DNA of 57,336 nucleotides from a virus (Duplodnaviria; Caudoviricetes): IMG/VR virus record IMGVR_UViG_3300030331_003845, positions 1 to 57,336 of that record; one strand, 5' to 3'. Shown piece by piece: positions 1 to 6,176 of this stretch (position 1 is its first letter; each line of letters starts with the position of its first letter). The notes under the pieces were generated by a model. It saw only the letters and a program-made list of their open reading frames with translations, ran no database searches and was not told where the DNA came from. The position numbers and the translations under genes were made by a program.

Positions 1-464
1 CCGTGATTTGTCTCCCAACGGCCTTTCGCCTTACTATCTTCACGTAGTTTAACATCACCAAATATATTTTTATAGTCTTCAGTCTCCATTAAATTACGAA
101 CCTTACTACCGAACCTTGTTGCTAGTTCAGCATTGTGTGAGACTTGCATAAGTTTCATTTTAGGGTTCCTTCCAATCATCCAAGCAGGAAACAAATAAGA
201 TGCAAATTCTGATTTAGTATGCCTTGGAGGCATATTTACAATCAACCTTTTATGTTTCTTAGCAGCAATAGCTTCAAATTCCTCAGCAATAATTTGATGG
301 TGCCCATATTTCTTTGGGTCCTTTGTTTCTCTGCATATAAAGTCTGGCCACATAGCACGTACAAAAATTAAGAAGTTGTCCTGAGCTAGTTTTATATATT
401 CGATCTGCTTTTTTAAAATTAGGGACCGCAGTTCATCATCGGTCAATTGATCTAAATTTATCAT
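1..464 (-). CDS. terL: Terminase large subunit, N-terminal part (runs off left edge; not in ORF track)
   Basis: Hand translation from ATG at 464: MINLDQLTDDELRSLILKKQ...GHHQIIAEEFEAIAAKKHKRLIVNMPPRHTKSEFASYLFPAWMIGRNP...SHNAELATRFGSKVRNL. RLIVNMPPRHTKS is the Walker-A variant of Terminase_6-type TerL. Confidence 0.93.
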   Translation of the reverse strand, partial: MINLDQLTDDELRSLILKKQIEYIKLAQDNFLIFVRAMWPDFICRETKDPKKYGHHQIIAEEFEAIAAKKHKRLIVNMPPRHTKSEFASYLFPAWMIGRNPKMKLMQVSHNAELATRFGSKVRNLMETEDYKNIFGDVKLREDSKAKGRWETNH

Positions 465-546
465 AAATTTTTCATTTTTTGGGTCCCCTTTTATACCATA
501 TCGTTTCAGACACTACTACATCTATTCATATTGCTTACAAGCACAA

Positions 547-573
547 CGCGCCAGCAAGCGCGCCAGCGCTTGC
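547..573. repeat. GC-rich direct repeat plus hairpin
   Basis: CGCGCCAGC at 547-555 and 559-567. Stem GCAAGCGC/GCGCTTGC at 554-573 with a 4-nt loop. Confidence 0.7.
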
Positions 574-624
574 GCGATCCTGCAATTTTATTATTTTAAA
601 AGTAAGTTGTGGAAAAGTATGAGC

Positions 625-652
625 CTTCTAGCGCGCGTTAGCGCGCTAGAAG
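625..652 (-). terminator. Perfect 12-bp hairpin downstream of the 662-913 gene (terminator or processing stem)
   Basis: CTTCTAGCGCGC-GTTA-GCGCGCTAGAAG. The U-tract on the minus strand is weak. Confidence 0.6.
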
Positions 653-661
653 TGTTTGTTG

Positions 662-913
662 TTATTTTTGTAGTTGTGTTAAGAGGTGTGAGAATGTCTG
701 TACTATATCGTTTTTAAAGTTATCGACTAGTGGGTTGCCTTGATTTTCCAAGACAAATTTCTCGACCTTGCCCTCTAACATTTTATACATTACTTCATAA
801 TTTAACTTCTTAATTTGATCGGGTGAGAAGTTAACATTACTAGTAATGTTAGAACTAGCCGATTGCTCGGCTAGAACTTTAGAGATATCCATTTTAATAA
901 GTGAATTACTCAT
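662..913 (-). CDS. Hypothetical early protein
   Basis: 83-aa ORF with AGGAG Shine-Dalgarno (SD) sequence, overlapping the stop of the upstream gene. Confidence 0.75.
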   Translation of the reverse strand: MSNSLIKMDISKVLAEQSASSNITSNVNFSPDQIKKLNYEVMYKMLEGKVEKFVLENQGNPLVDNFKNDIVQTFSHLLTQLQK

Positions 914-1235
914 TACTATCTCCTAGTGGTTTATACTCATTATATTCTAATTCAGTTTGGAACTGATTGAATAAATCAGTATGTTTGATTTTGAAATTAG
1001 CGGTATCGAATTTTTTTCTTTTTCGATTAATTCGCTGAATTCCAAATATGTTGTCATTACTATCTTTAGCAAAAACAACATTTTGTTGAACTCTATCAAA
1101 TAGATTTACTACACTAGGTTTCATAGTATCAACCTCTTTAAGTATTCTATTCGCTTTGAGTTTAAGATTAGCATAAGATACAACAAGTTTTTCCTCGTCC
1201 TTCTTTAGCCTAATCTTTTTTACTGCATTACTCAT
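906..1235 (-). CDS. Hypothetical early protein; C-terminus resembles the tail of YqaJ-type phage proteins
   Basis: 109 aa, GAAAGG SD, own promoter. Motif RKKFDTANFKIKHTDLFNQF. Confidence 0.75.
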   Translation of the reverse strand: MSNAVKKIRLKKDEEKLVVSYANLKLKANRILKEVDTMKPSVVNLFDRVQQNVVFAKDSNDNIFGIQRINRKRKKFDTANFKIKHTDLFNQFQTELEYNEYKPLGDSNE

Positions 1236-1268
1236 TTTATACCTTTCAGTTAGATTTAAGTAATAGCC

Positions 1269-1297
1269 TGTCTTATCATATCTTATACTTATCTCAA
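1269..1297 (-). promoter_or_regulatory. Early promoter P1 (TTGAGA-16-TAAGAC with extended TG)
   Basis: Shares the 14-mer TGTCTTATCATATC (1269-1282) with P2 (2071-2084). Confidence 0.6.
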
Positions 1298-1306
1298 CAA
1301 GTTTGT

Positions 1307-1378
1307 GTTCATTTTGGGTCTGTTCATAATGGGTTTTTTTCAGACAAAAGTAGAACTTTTTTTGAACTTCCTGTGAAC
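1307..1378. promoter_or_regulatory. Cluster of alphaproteobacterial-type LexA (SOS) boxes
   Basis: GAAC-N7-GAAC-N7-GAAC at 1353-1378. GTTC-N7-GTCT at 1307-1321 and GTTC-N7-GTTT at 1322-1336. Confidence 0.6.
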
Positions 1379-1568
1379 TTGTCCTGAAGCAGACTGGGAC
1401 TTGTGTACAAACATCAAACGACGTGGTTGGTTTGACAAACGACGACGAAGAACTCTGTCTGGCCAGTGCTGGTTAGTTGAGTATCCTTGATAATATAGTT
1501 GTAGGCTTCAACGACGACGGCGCAGAACTCTCCTGGCGCCAGCCCAGATGGGTTGATGAATTTGTTGT

Positions 1569-1595
1569 GTCGCCGTTGTTTGACACAACGACGAC
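1569..1595 (-). terminator. RNA hairpin just after the 1604-2050 gene
   Basis: Minus-strand GUCGUCGUUGU-GUCAA-ACAACGGCGAC, 11 bp including one G-U pair that forms only on the minus strand. No U-tract. Confidence 0.5.
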
Positions 1596-1603
1596 GGCAA
1601 CGA

Positions 1604-2050
1604 TTACCAACTACAAGTATATACGATTGTTTGTTTTCTTCTTATGGCTTCTTCGCACCACTCAATGAACTTCTTGTCTTGTCCCTTGTATTCATTGACT
1701 GCCTCTTCTTGAAACTGCTGACCCCAAAAGAATCCGTCATTACAAAAATAACGATAGTATTTATCTTTGTAAGCTTCCTTTAACTCTTTCAAGACATCTT
1801 CGGTGATATAAACCTCATCACCTGCGTTCATACCTAAGCAACTTAAATCCATTGGATCGGTTGGTGGCTTGTTGCGTTTCTTTGCTTCCCGTTCGTTCTG
1901 CTTTTGCCATTGTTGGTTCATAAATGTCTGCAGACGGGCGTGCTTTCTCCAGACGAACCCATCTTCTTTCGGATCGTAATCGTCAGAGTTATACACCTTT
2001 TCGAAGTTTATATCTTTGCCTCGAAGGTGTGCATATTGATCTAGTCCCAT
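1604..2050 (-). CDS. Conserved phage hypothetical protein (MGLDQY / WRKH family)
   Basis: 148 aa, AAGGAG SD. Motifs MGLDQY, WRKHARL, GFFWG and C-terminal YTCSW. Confidence 0.85.
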   Translation of the reverse strand: MGLDQYAHLRGKDINFEKVYNSDDYDPKEDGFVWRKHARLQTFMNQQWQKQNEREAKKRNKPPTDPMDLSCLGMNAGDEVYITEDVLKELKEAYKDKYYRYFCNDGFFWGQQFQEEAVNEYKGQDKKFIEWCEEAIRRKQTIVYTCSW

Positions 2051-2070
2051 AGTTCTCCTTTGTTATCTAT

Positions 2071-2099
2071 TGTCTTATCATATCCCATAAATAAGTCAA
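2071..2099 (-). promoter_or_regulatory. Early promoter P2 (TTGACT-16-TAAGAC)
   Basis: Near-consensus -35, ATGGGAT in the spacer, 14-mer shared with P1. Confidence 0.65.
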
Positions 2100-2212
2100 C
2101 TTAAAAAATTGATACCTGAGAAGAGCAAAACTATCAGAAGCAGTGCCAGCGCCCCAGTCAGTTGTGGAAACAACAACCACGCTATGATTGCCACGAAAAC
2201 GAGCGACATCAT
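2096..2212 (-). CDS. 38-aa hydrophobic membrane micropeptide (not in ORF track)
   Basis: MMSLVFVAIIAWLLFPQLTGALALLLIVLLFSGINFLS; ATGA-coupled to the upstream gene. Confidence 0.65.
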   Translation of the reverse strand: MMSLVFVAIIAWLLFPQLTGALALLLIVLLFSGINFLS

Positions 2213-2397
2213 ACGACCAGCTTCTCCTGGCCAGATGCTTTACCTAGCTGCCGGATCTTGACTCCTTGTTTCTCCCAAGGGCGAGAAATGATTCGTAGCT
2301 CGAGACGCAGGGCATGTAACTGCCCTGCAGATATATTATCTACCACCATGGTTATCCTCTTGTTACGAAGCTTCTTATGAATGTTTCCTTTAGGCAT
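2209..2397 (-). CDS. Small basic hypothetical protein (start moved to MPKGN)
   Basis: GGGAGG SD upstream of ATG 2397. Confidence 0.7.
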   Translation of the reverse strand: MPKGNIHKKLRNKRITMVVDNISAGQLHALRLELRIISRPWEKQGVKIRQLGKASGQEKLVV

Positions 2398-2686
2398 CGA
2401 GCACCTCCCTTGTAATGCCATCGTCACCTGTGCTGTAGTTGATAGGATCTTTGTAACTTAGATGGTCATCCAATAACGACGGCGCGTTAGCCAAGGTCCC
2501 GCTGCCGACCTTTTGGTCACCGCTGTGAATGCGTACCCACATCTTTTCTACGATGCTGCCTCGTTTGAAACGAACGTACACGTGATCACGGTCCTTAAGT
2601 TCCATCTCTTTGATTTTAAAATAAACTTTATCTCCGCAATCACCGCAGGAGTAAAGTATGTTATCGTCCTTTTTTTTCTTTGTCAT
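2390..2686 (-). CDS. DUF2314/YegJ-like small protein
   Basis: VEKMWVRI...GTLANAP motif; N-terminal CxxC. Confidence 0.6.
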   Translation of the reverse strand: MTKKKKDDNILYSCGDCGDKVYFKIKEMELKDRDHVYVRFKRGSIVEKMWVRIHSGDQKVGSGTLANAPSLLDDHLSYKDPINYSTGDDGITREVLDA

Positions 2687-2706
2687 AACCTTCCTTTGTT
2701 ACCTCC

Positions 2707-2735
2707 AACTTAGGACATGATGGGATAGCTGTCAA
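2707..2735 (-). promoter_or_regulatory. Early promoter P3 (TTGACA-17-TAAGTT)
   Basis: Perfect -35 with 17-bp spacer containing ATCCCAT. Confidence 0.7.
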
Positions 2736-2981
2736 CTAAAAAGCTCAGGATCTTCTCCTGGCAGCAGCTCTGGGATCTAGCTTAAAGAAATCAAGTAAAT
2801 TCTACCTTTCTGTACGAAACGAGCCATACAGCTTCTCCTGAAGCCAGATGGGAACTTCTTAAAAACAAGAAAACCCAATGCTTTTTGTAGAACGACAACG
2901 GCATCCTGAACCAGGCTGGTGCTGCCACCAGACGTAACCTTCGGATCCCTGTCCGTTGTCAACGAGAAACGAGAACGACAA

Positions 2982-3401
2982 CTAGGAACGAGAACGAGCT
3001 TCAAGGGTACGCTGCCTGGCCAGTGCCAGGAGCTGCCTCCGGAAGGATGGCCAATCGTACGGGAACGAGAACGACAACGACGGGACGAGGGAACGAGGAT
3101 CTGTAAACACGGACACCGGTCTGTATAGTTCTAAGCGTCTGTCCAAGAGGGTCTGATTGCAGATGATAACAACTCCACCATTCTTAATTCGTTTATTAAT
3201 CCAACTGATTTGCCATTTAGAAAGCCTCGGATACTTGACTTTGTCTGATTTCAATTCCATCCAAAATTCTATACCTTCAGCACAACAATTTAGATCAGGT
3301 ATACCATTAATTGTTTTAGATTCTATGCGAGTAAAATGTATATTTTTACAGTTCTTTTGAATCAATTGTGATAGTCTTGATTCACGCTTCTTGACTGCCA
3401 T
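2982..3401 (-). CDS. PD-(D/E)XK nuclease (VRR-NUC / Holliday junction resolvase-like)
   Basis: ESRL...TRIES...GIPDL...FWMELK...LSKWQISW...GG. Confidence 0.8.
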   Translation of the reverse strand: MAVKKRESRLSQLIQKNCKNIHFTRIESKTINGIPDLNCCAEGIEFWMELKSDKVKYPRLSKWQISWINKRIKNGGVVIICNQTLLDRRLELYRPVSVFTDPRSLVPSLSFSFPYDWPSFRRQLLALARQRTLEARSRS

Positions 3402-3409
3402 AAATTAAG

Positions 3410-3706
3410 TCAGTTTTTGATTCTTTCTTTACTCAAAATACACCCAAGAGGGAAGATGTTTGTATCACTAAAGACAGGTTCTTTCTCGTCATAAGAGGCA
3501 AATGTAGTTAAGGTCTTTTTCTTTCTATCAATGTTATGTATGTATCCTTGTGAAACTAAGGTGCAACATTCCAACTTCTTCATCTCATCTTCAGTCTTGT
3601 GTCCTGCATCACCAGTAATATCAATCCATCTAATTTTATAAAAATAATACTTTTTCTTACCGACGACGGCATGTTTATATTTAGATTTTTTTCTTCGTCT
3701 TGACAT
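3410..3706 (-). CDS. Conserved phage hypothetical protein
   Basis: 98 aa. Motifs IRWIDITGDAG, FASYD, FPLGCI. Confidence 0.75.
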   Translation of the reverse strand: MSRRRKKSKYKHAVVGKKKYYFYKIRWIDITGDAGHKTEDEMKKLECCTLVSQGYIHNIDRKKKTLTTFASYDEKEPVFSDTNIFPLGCILSKERIKN

Positions 3707-3887
3707 GTACTTGACCTAATTTTAATTTAAGTTCTGAGTTATGTACCTCATTGAAAACAGTAATGAAGTTCTCCCAACTAAGGCTTCTCAGTAATTGCCT
3801 TTGTCTCAGGCTCAACTTCGATCGTTTTGGCGTTGTAGCCGTCGATCTTCGTCGATAACTCTTGTAGTTTCTTTTCGAGTTCTGCAC
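3681..3887 (-). CDS. Small protein overprinted on the terS 3' end
   Basis: GTG at 3887 with GGAGGGG SD. Fills the 3706-3778 gap and overlaps the start of the next gene. Confidence 0.5.
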   Translation of the reverse strand: MQNSKRNYKSYRRRSTATTPKRSKLSLRQRQLLRSLSWENFITVFNEVHNSELKLKLGQVHVKTKKKI

Positions 3888-4305
3888 GTGACATCCCCTC
3901 CAAACCAGATACTTTTACTTCTTTCTTATCAATATACAAACCAGCAAGCTGACCTGATCTATATTCTGCGTTTACTGCTGCTGAGTATTGTTTATTATCT
4001 GCAGCCATGTCGGCAAATCTTTCTAATCTTCTATATCTTCGTATCTTGTTTCTCTCATACTTAGCTGATATCTCTTCTAATTTTTTATCAAGATATTTAC
4101 ATATGTGAGGGTTTAACTTTCTATTAGTTAATCTACTTGCAATAACAGAATAGTCATTATCGTTTTTACACTCGTACTTCGCCTGTCTTAAGGCATCAGA
4201 CTTTGTTATCTCACCCCAATTACCAACTAGGATATCAACAAACATCTTTTGTTTTATGGTCAAGTCCTTCTCAGTTCTTAACTCTTTTTTCTTTAATCCT
4301 GGCAT
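3778..4305 (-). CDS. terS: Terminase small subunit
   Basis: HTH pattern LTIKQKMFVD...DALRQAKY...IASRLTN...PHICKYL, then AAVNAEYRSGQLAGLYIDKKEV, typical of Terminase_2-like TerS. Confidence 0.8.
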   Translation of the reverse strand: MPGLKKKELRTEKDLTIKQKMFVDILVGNWGEITKSDALRQAKYECKNDNDYSVIASRLTNRKLNPHICKYLDKKLEEISAKYERNKIRRYRRLERFADMAADNKQYSAAVNAEYRSGQLAGLYIDKKEVKVSGLEGMSRAELEKKLQELSTKIDGYNAKTIEVEPETKAITEKP

Positions 4306-4685
4306 TAATTTACTTTTTGTTTACTAAATCGTTTTTTTAAATATTCTTTACCGATTGTACCTAGTTTTTTCTTATACTTATCTAAGTTTCTAGCTCCTAC
4401 TAACATTGAAGCTTGCATTGTTCTTGACAATCTTGTTTTATAATTCTTTGCGGTAAATTTAAGTGCATCTTGTATTATATCTGCTTTATTCATTTTAATG
4501 TCTAATTTTTTTAATCCTGCCTTAAATTTTTTATCAGGCGCTGTAGATTGAGCATACAATTTATCCATTTTTGTTTTTAGACTTTTGACTTTCTGTTTGT
4601 AAATGTCTGATTTAATAAAGGATTTTATTCCTTTACCAGCCAAACCTTTGATTAATCCACCGGCTAGATATTTACTTGATTTCAT
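4305..4685 (-). CDS. Basic Lys-rich hypothetical protein with N-terminal YLAGG motif
   Basis: 126 aa, TAATG-coupled to terS. Confidence 0.7.
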   Translation of the reverse strand: MKSSKYLAGGLIKGLAGKGIKSFIKSDIYKQKVKSLKTKMDKLYAQSTAPDKKFKAGLKKLDIKMNKADIIQDALKFTAKNYKTRLSRTMQASMLVGARNLDKYKKKLGTIGKEYLKKRFSKQKVN

Positions 4686-4695
4686 AGTTTTTTAT

Positions 4696-4917
4696 TATAT
4701 AGATTTTTAGAAGTAATAGAAACACTACCCTTATCAACATTTTGCCCTTCCGTAAGACAGATGGTGGGTCTAAGGGACACCAAGGGGACACCTAGAGGGA
4801 CACCATAGATTGATCAATAATCGTTGGTATATCTACATAATCGTTAAGAGACCCATCAGACCCACCTATTCTGGGTCGATTTTAGAATAAAATTATTCTG
4901 GTGTAATAATCTATATA
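4696..4917. other. Putative replication origin (nested inverted repeats plus iterons)
   Basis: Non-coding. TATATAGATT 4696-4705 / AATCTATATA 4908-4917; GGTGGGTCT 4763-4771 / AGACCCACC 4858-4866; GGGACACC x3 (4774, 4785, 4797); central palindrome ATTGATCAAT 4809-4818; ATAATCGTT x2. Confidence 0.55.
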
Positions 4918-4949
4918 GATAAAATTCTAATAATGTTGTATAAATATCA

Positions 4950-5060
4950 CATAACAATAGATTAATCGTATCTATTCCCTAGGTACCTTTTTTTCTTTAA
5001 CGTAAAAAGTCATTGTTATACCTTTCGCCCTGGTTGGGTAGCCTCAACCAGGGTTTTTTT
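4950..5060 (+). ncRNA. Candidate trans-acting small RNA
   Basis: TAGATA-17-TATAAA promoter (4916-4944), 5' hairpin AATAGAT/ATCTATT (4956-4976), anti-RBS segment 5010-5026, intrinsic terminator. No plausible + strand ORF seen. Confidence 0.55.
5028..5060 (+). terminator. Rho-independent terminator
   Basis: CCCTGGTTG-N8-CAACCAGGG followed by T7. Confidence 0.85.
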
Positions 5061-5100
5061 GTTTCCGGTGTCCGGTATTCTGTGGTATGTATTATGTATG

Positions 5101-5145
5101 GGCTATTTAAATGAAAACCTCCCTCGAAGATTTTCAAGGATAGCC
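5101..5145 (+). promoter_or_regulatory. Structured leader with CCUCCC anti-SD loop
   Basis: GGCTAT/ATAGCC and TGAAAA/TTTTCA stems; loop CCTCCCTCGAAGA. Confidence 0.45.
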
Positions 5146-5165
5146 TTAAAATCAAGGAGACCACC

Positions 5166-5243
5166 GTGAATGATATAGATTTTTTTAATTTAGCAACAGC
5201 TGCAGTTATTCTAATATTTATTATAGTTCACTTCTTACTTTAA
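5166..5243 (+). CDS. 25-aa hydrophobic micropeptide (not in ORF track)
   Basis: AAGGAG SD plus GTG; MNDIDFFNLATAAVILIFIIVHFLL. Confidence 0.55.
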   Translation: MNDIDFFNLATAAVILIFIIVHFLL

Positions 5244-5455
5244 TTCGGTTCATCACCATCGCAAATATAACCAATCACCTGTTTACCCTCGTACATATGG
5301 TACACATGATTAGAAAATAATTTACGTTTTTTTCTTTCATGCACTGTTACGTTAGTATGAAACCAAGCACTGCACGATTCATGTATTTCAAAGCTGTCTA
5401 ATTTAACTTCACCAAAAGTAGTAAGATACAATAATGTTATAATGATAGGCTTCAT
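5240..5455 (-). CDS. Small secreted/membrane-anchored Cys-containing protein
   Basis: Hydrophobic N-terminus, ESCSAWF...YIC. Confidence 0.7.
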   Translation of the reverse strand: MKPIIITLLYLTTFGEVKLDSFEIHESCSAWFHTNVTVHERKKRKLFSNHVYHMYEGKQVIGYICDGDEPN

Positions 5456-5571
5456 TTACCAATACCTGAAACTACCCTTACTATGGAAGTAATGGGATTA
5501 AATTTTACCTTTTTATTAGAGCTACATCCCACAAGCACCACACATACCACAATTAGGCACAAGATCCTCAT
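5452..5571 (-). CDS. 39-aa lipoprotein (not in ORF track)
   Basis: MRILCLIVVCVVLVG|CSSNKK lipobox; ATGA overlaps on both sides. Confidence 0.65.
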   Translation of the reverse strand: MRILCLIVVCVVLVGCSSNKKVKFNPITSIVRVVSGIGK

Positions 5572-5963
5572 TTCAACCCCAATCGATCGCGTATCATATC
5601 GATCCTTTTTTTAACAGATCTGCGTTCTTCTTTCGAGTCAGCAGCTCTATAGTTCTTATACTCATTTTTATACTCAATCCAATATCTTTGTACTTCTGTA
5701 AAAACTATAATTTTTTCTTCTAGACATCTTTTATACCTTCGATGAACCATATCAGGTTCAAGCCCAGCCATATAGCATATTTTTTCAAAATCAGGGGATT
5801 TATTTAAGAACCATTCATGGGCATCCTTCTTATAATAAGCCTCTTGTTTACCACCTAGGGTATATAAACAATCTTCAAAAGCCTGTATAATTACCGCCTG
5901 GTACAATCGCTGATCAGGGATCTTCGGTTCTCTTACAAATTCTGTAGCAAGATTAGTGCCCAT
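5568..5963 (-). CDS. Conserved hypothetical protein (start MGTNL)
   Basis: QRLYQAVIIQAFED...DAHEWF...DFEKICYMAGLEP motif seen in phage proteins. Confidence 0.75.
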   Translation of the reverse strand: MGTNLATEFVREPKIPDQRLYQAVIIQAFEDCLYTLGGKQEAYYKKDAHEWFLNKSPDFEKICYMAGLEPDMVHRRYKRCLEEKIIVFTEVQRYWIEYKNEYKNYRAADSKEERRSVKKRIDMIRDRLGLK

Positions 5964-6132
5964 GATTTTTAATAAGTGCGGTGAGCAAATCATAATAAAA
6001 CAACCTCATATGGTGTGAGTTCTCTGGATCCTTATATTCAAGAAGGAGGTCGTTCATGAACCTAGTTTTTTCTAGGCCGTCCATTTTTTCTACTGATTTA
6101 AGATTTAATAGTTCGTCAAATAACATCTGCAT
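5953..6132 (-). CDS. 59-aa hypothetical protein (not in ORF track)
   Basis: MQMLFDELLNLKSVEKMDGLEKTRFMNDLL...LIKNHGH; overlaps the next start codon. Confidence 0.6.
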   Translation of the reverse strand: MQMLFDELLNLKSVEKMDGLEKTRFMNDLLLEYKDPENSHHMRLFYYDLLTALIKNHGH

Positions 6133-6176
6133 AGCAACCAGCTAAGGAAAGATATGGATGTGGAAGCTGGCTACTA
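6132..6176 (-). ncRNA. Intergenic stem-loop whose loop is antisense to 16300-16310 and 16359-16378
   Basis: UAGUAGCCAGCU / AGCUGGUUGCUA 12-bp stem with two G-U pairs valid only on the minus strand; 21-nt loop UCCACAUCCAUAUCUUUCCUU. Confidence 0.65.

Larger units (their letters stand above)
1380..3100 (+). repeat. Dispersed strand-polar bipartite repeat (AACGA[CG] cluster followed by CTTCTCCTG..CCAG)
   Basis: AACGACGACG at 1438, 1510, 1587. CAGCTTCTCCTG at 2218 and 2829. CTTCTCCTGG at 2752. CCAGATG at 1544, 2231, 2844. GAACGAG runs at 2960-3000 and 3063-3098. Confidence 0.75.

Noticed and set aside
855-874. 8-bp hairpin CTAGCCGA-TTGC-TCGGCTAG inside the 662-913 gene
   Set aside because: A real inverted repeat, but isolated, with no U-tract and no matching target found; not enough to assign a function.
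1477-1783. + strand ORFs 1477-1668 and 1553-1783
   Set aside because: They are antisense to a real gene or read through the ACG repeat (poly-T/R runs), with no SD.
1380-3100. CRISPR array or mini-array interpretation of the dispersed repeats
   Set aside because: Units are degenerate, irregularly spaced and overlap genes; there is no constant repeat-spacer structure and no cas operon. The Cas4-like gene is an ordinary phage exonuclease.
2777-3128. ORFs 2777-3004(-) and 2919-3128(+)
   Set aside because: Translations reflect the repeat motif (RERER, SRSRF) and lack a convincing start context; treated as non-coding or antisense.
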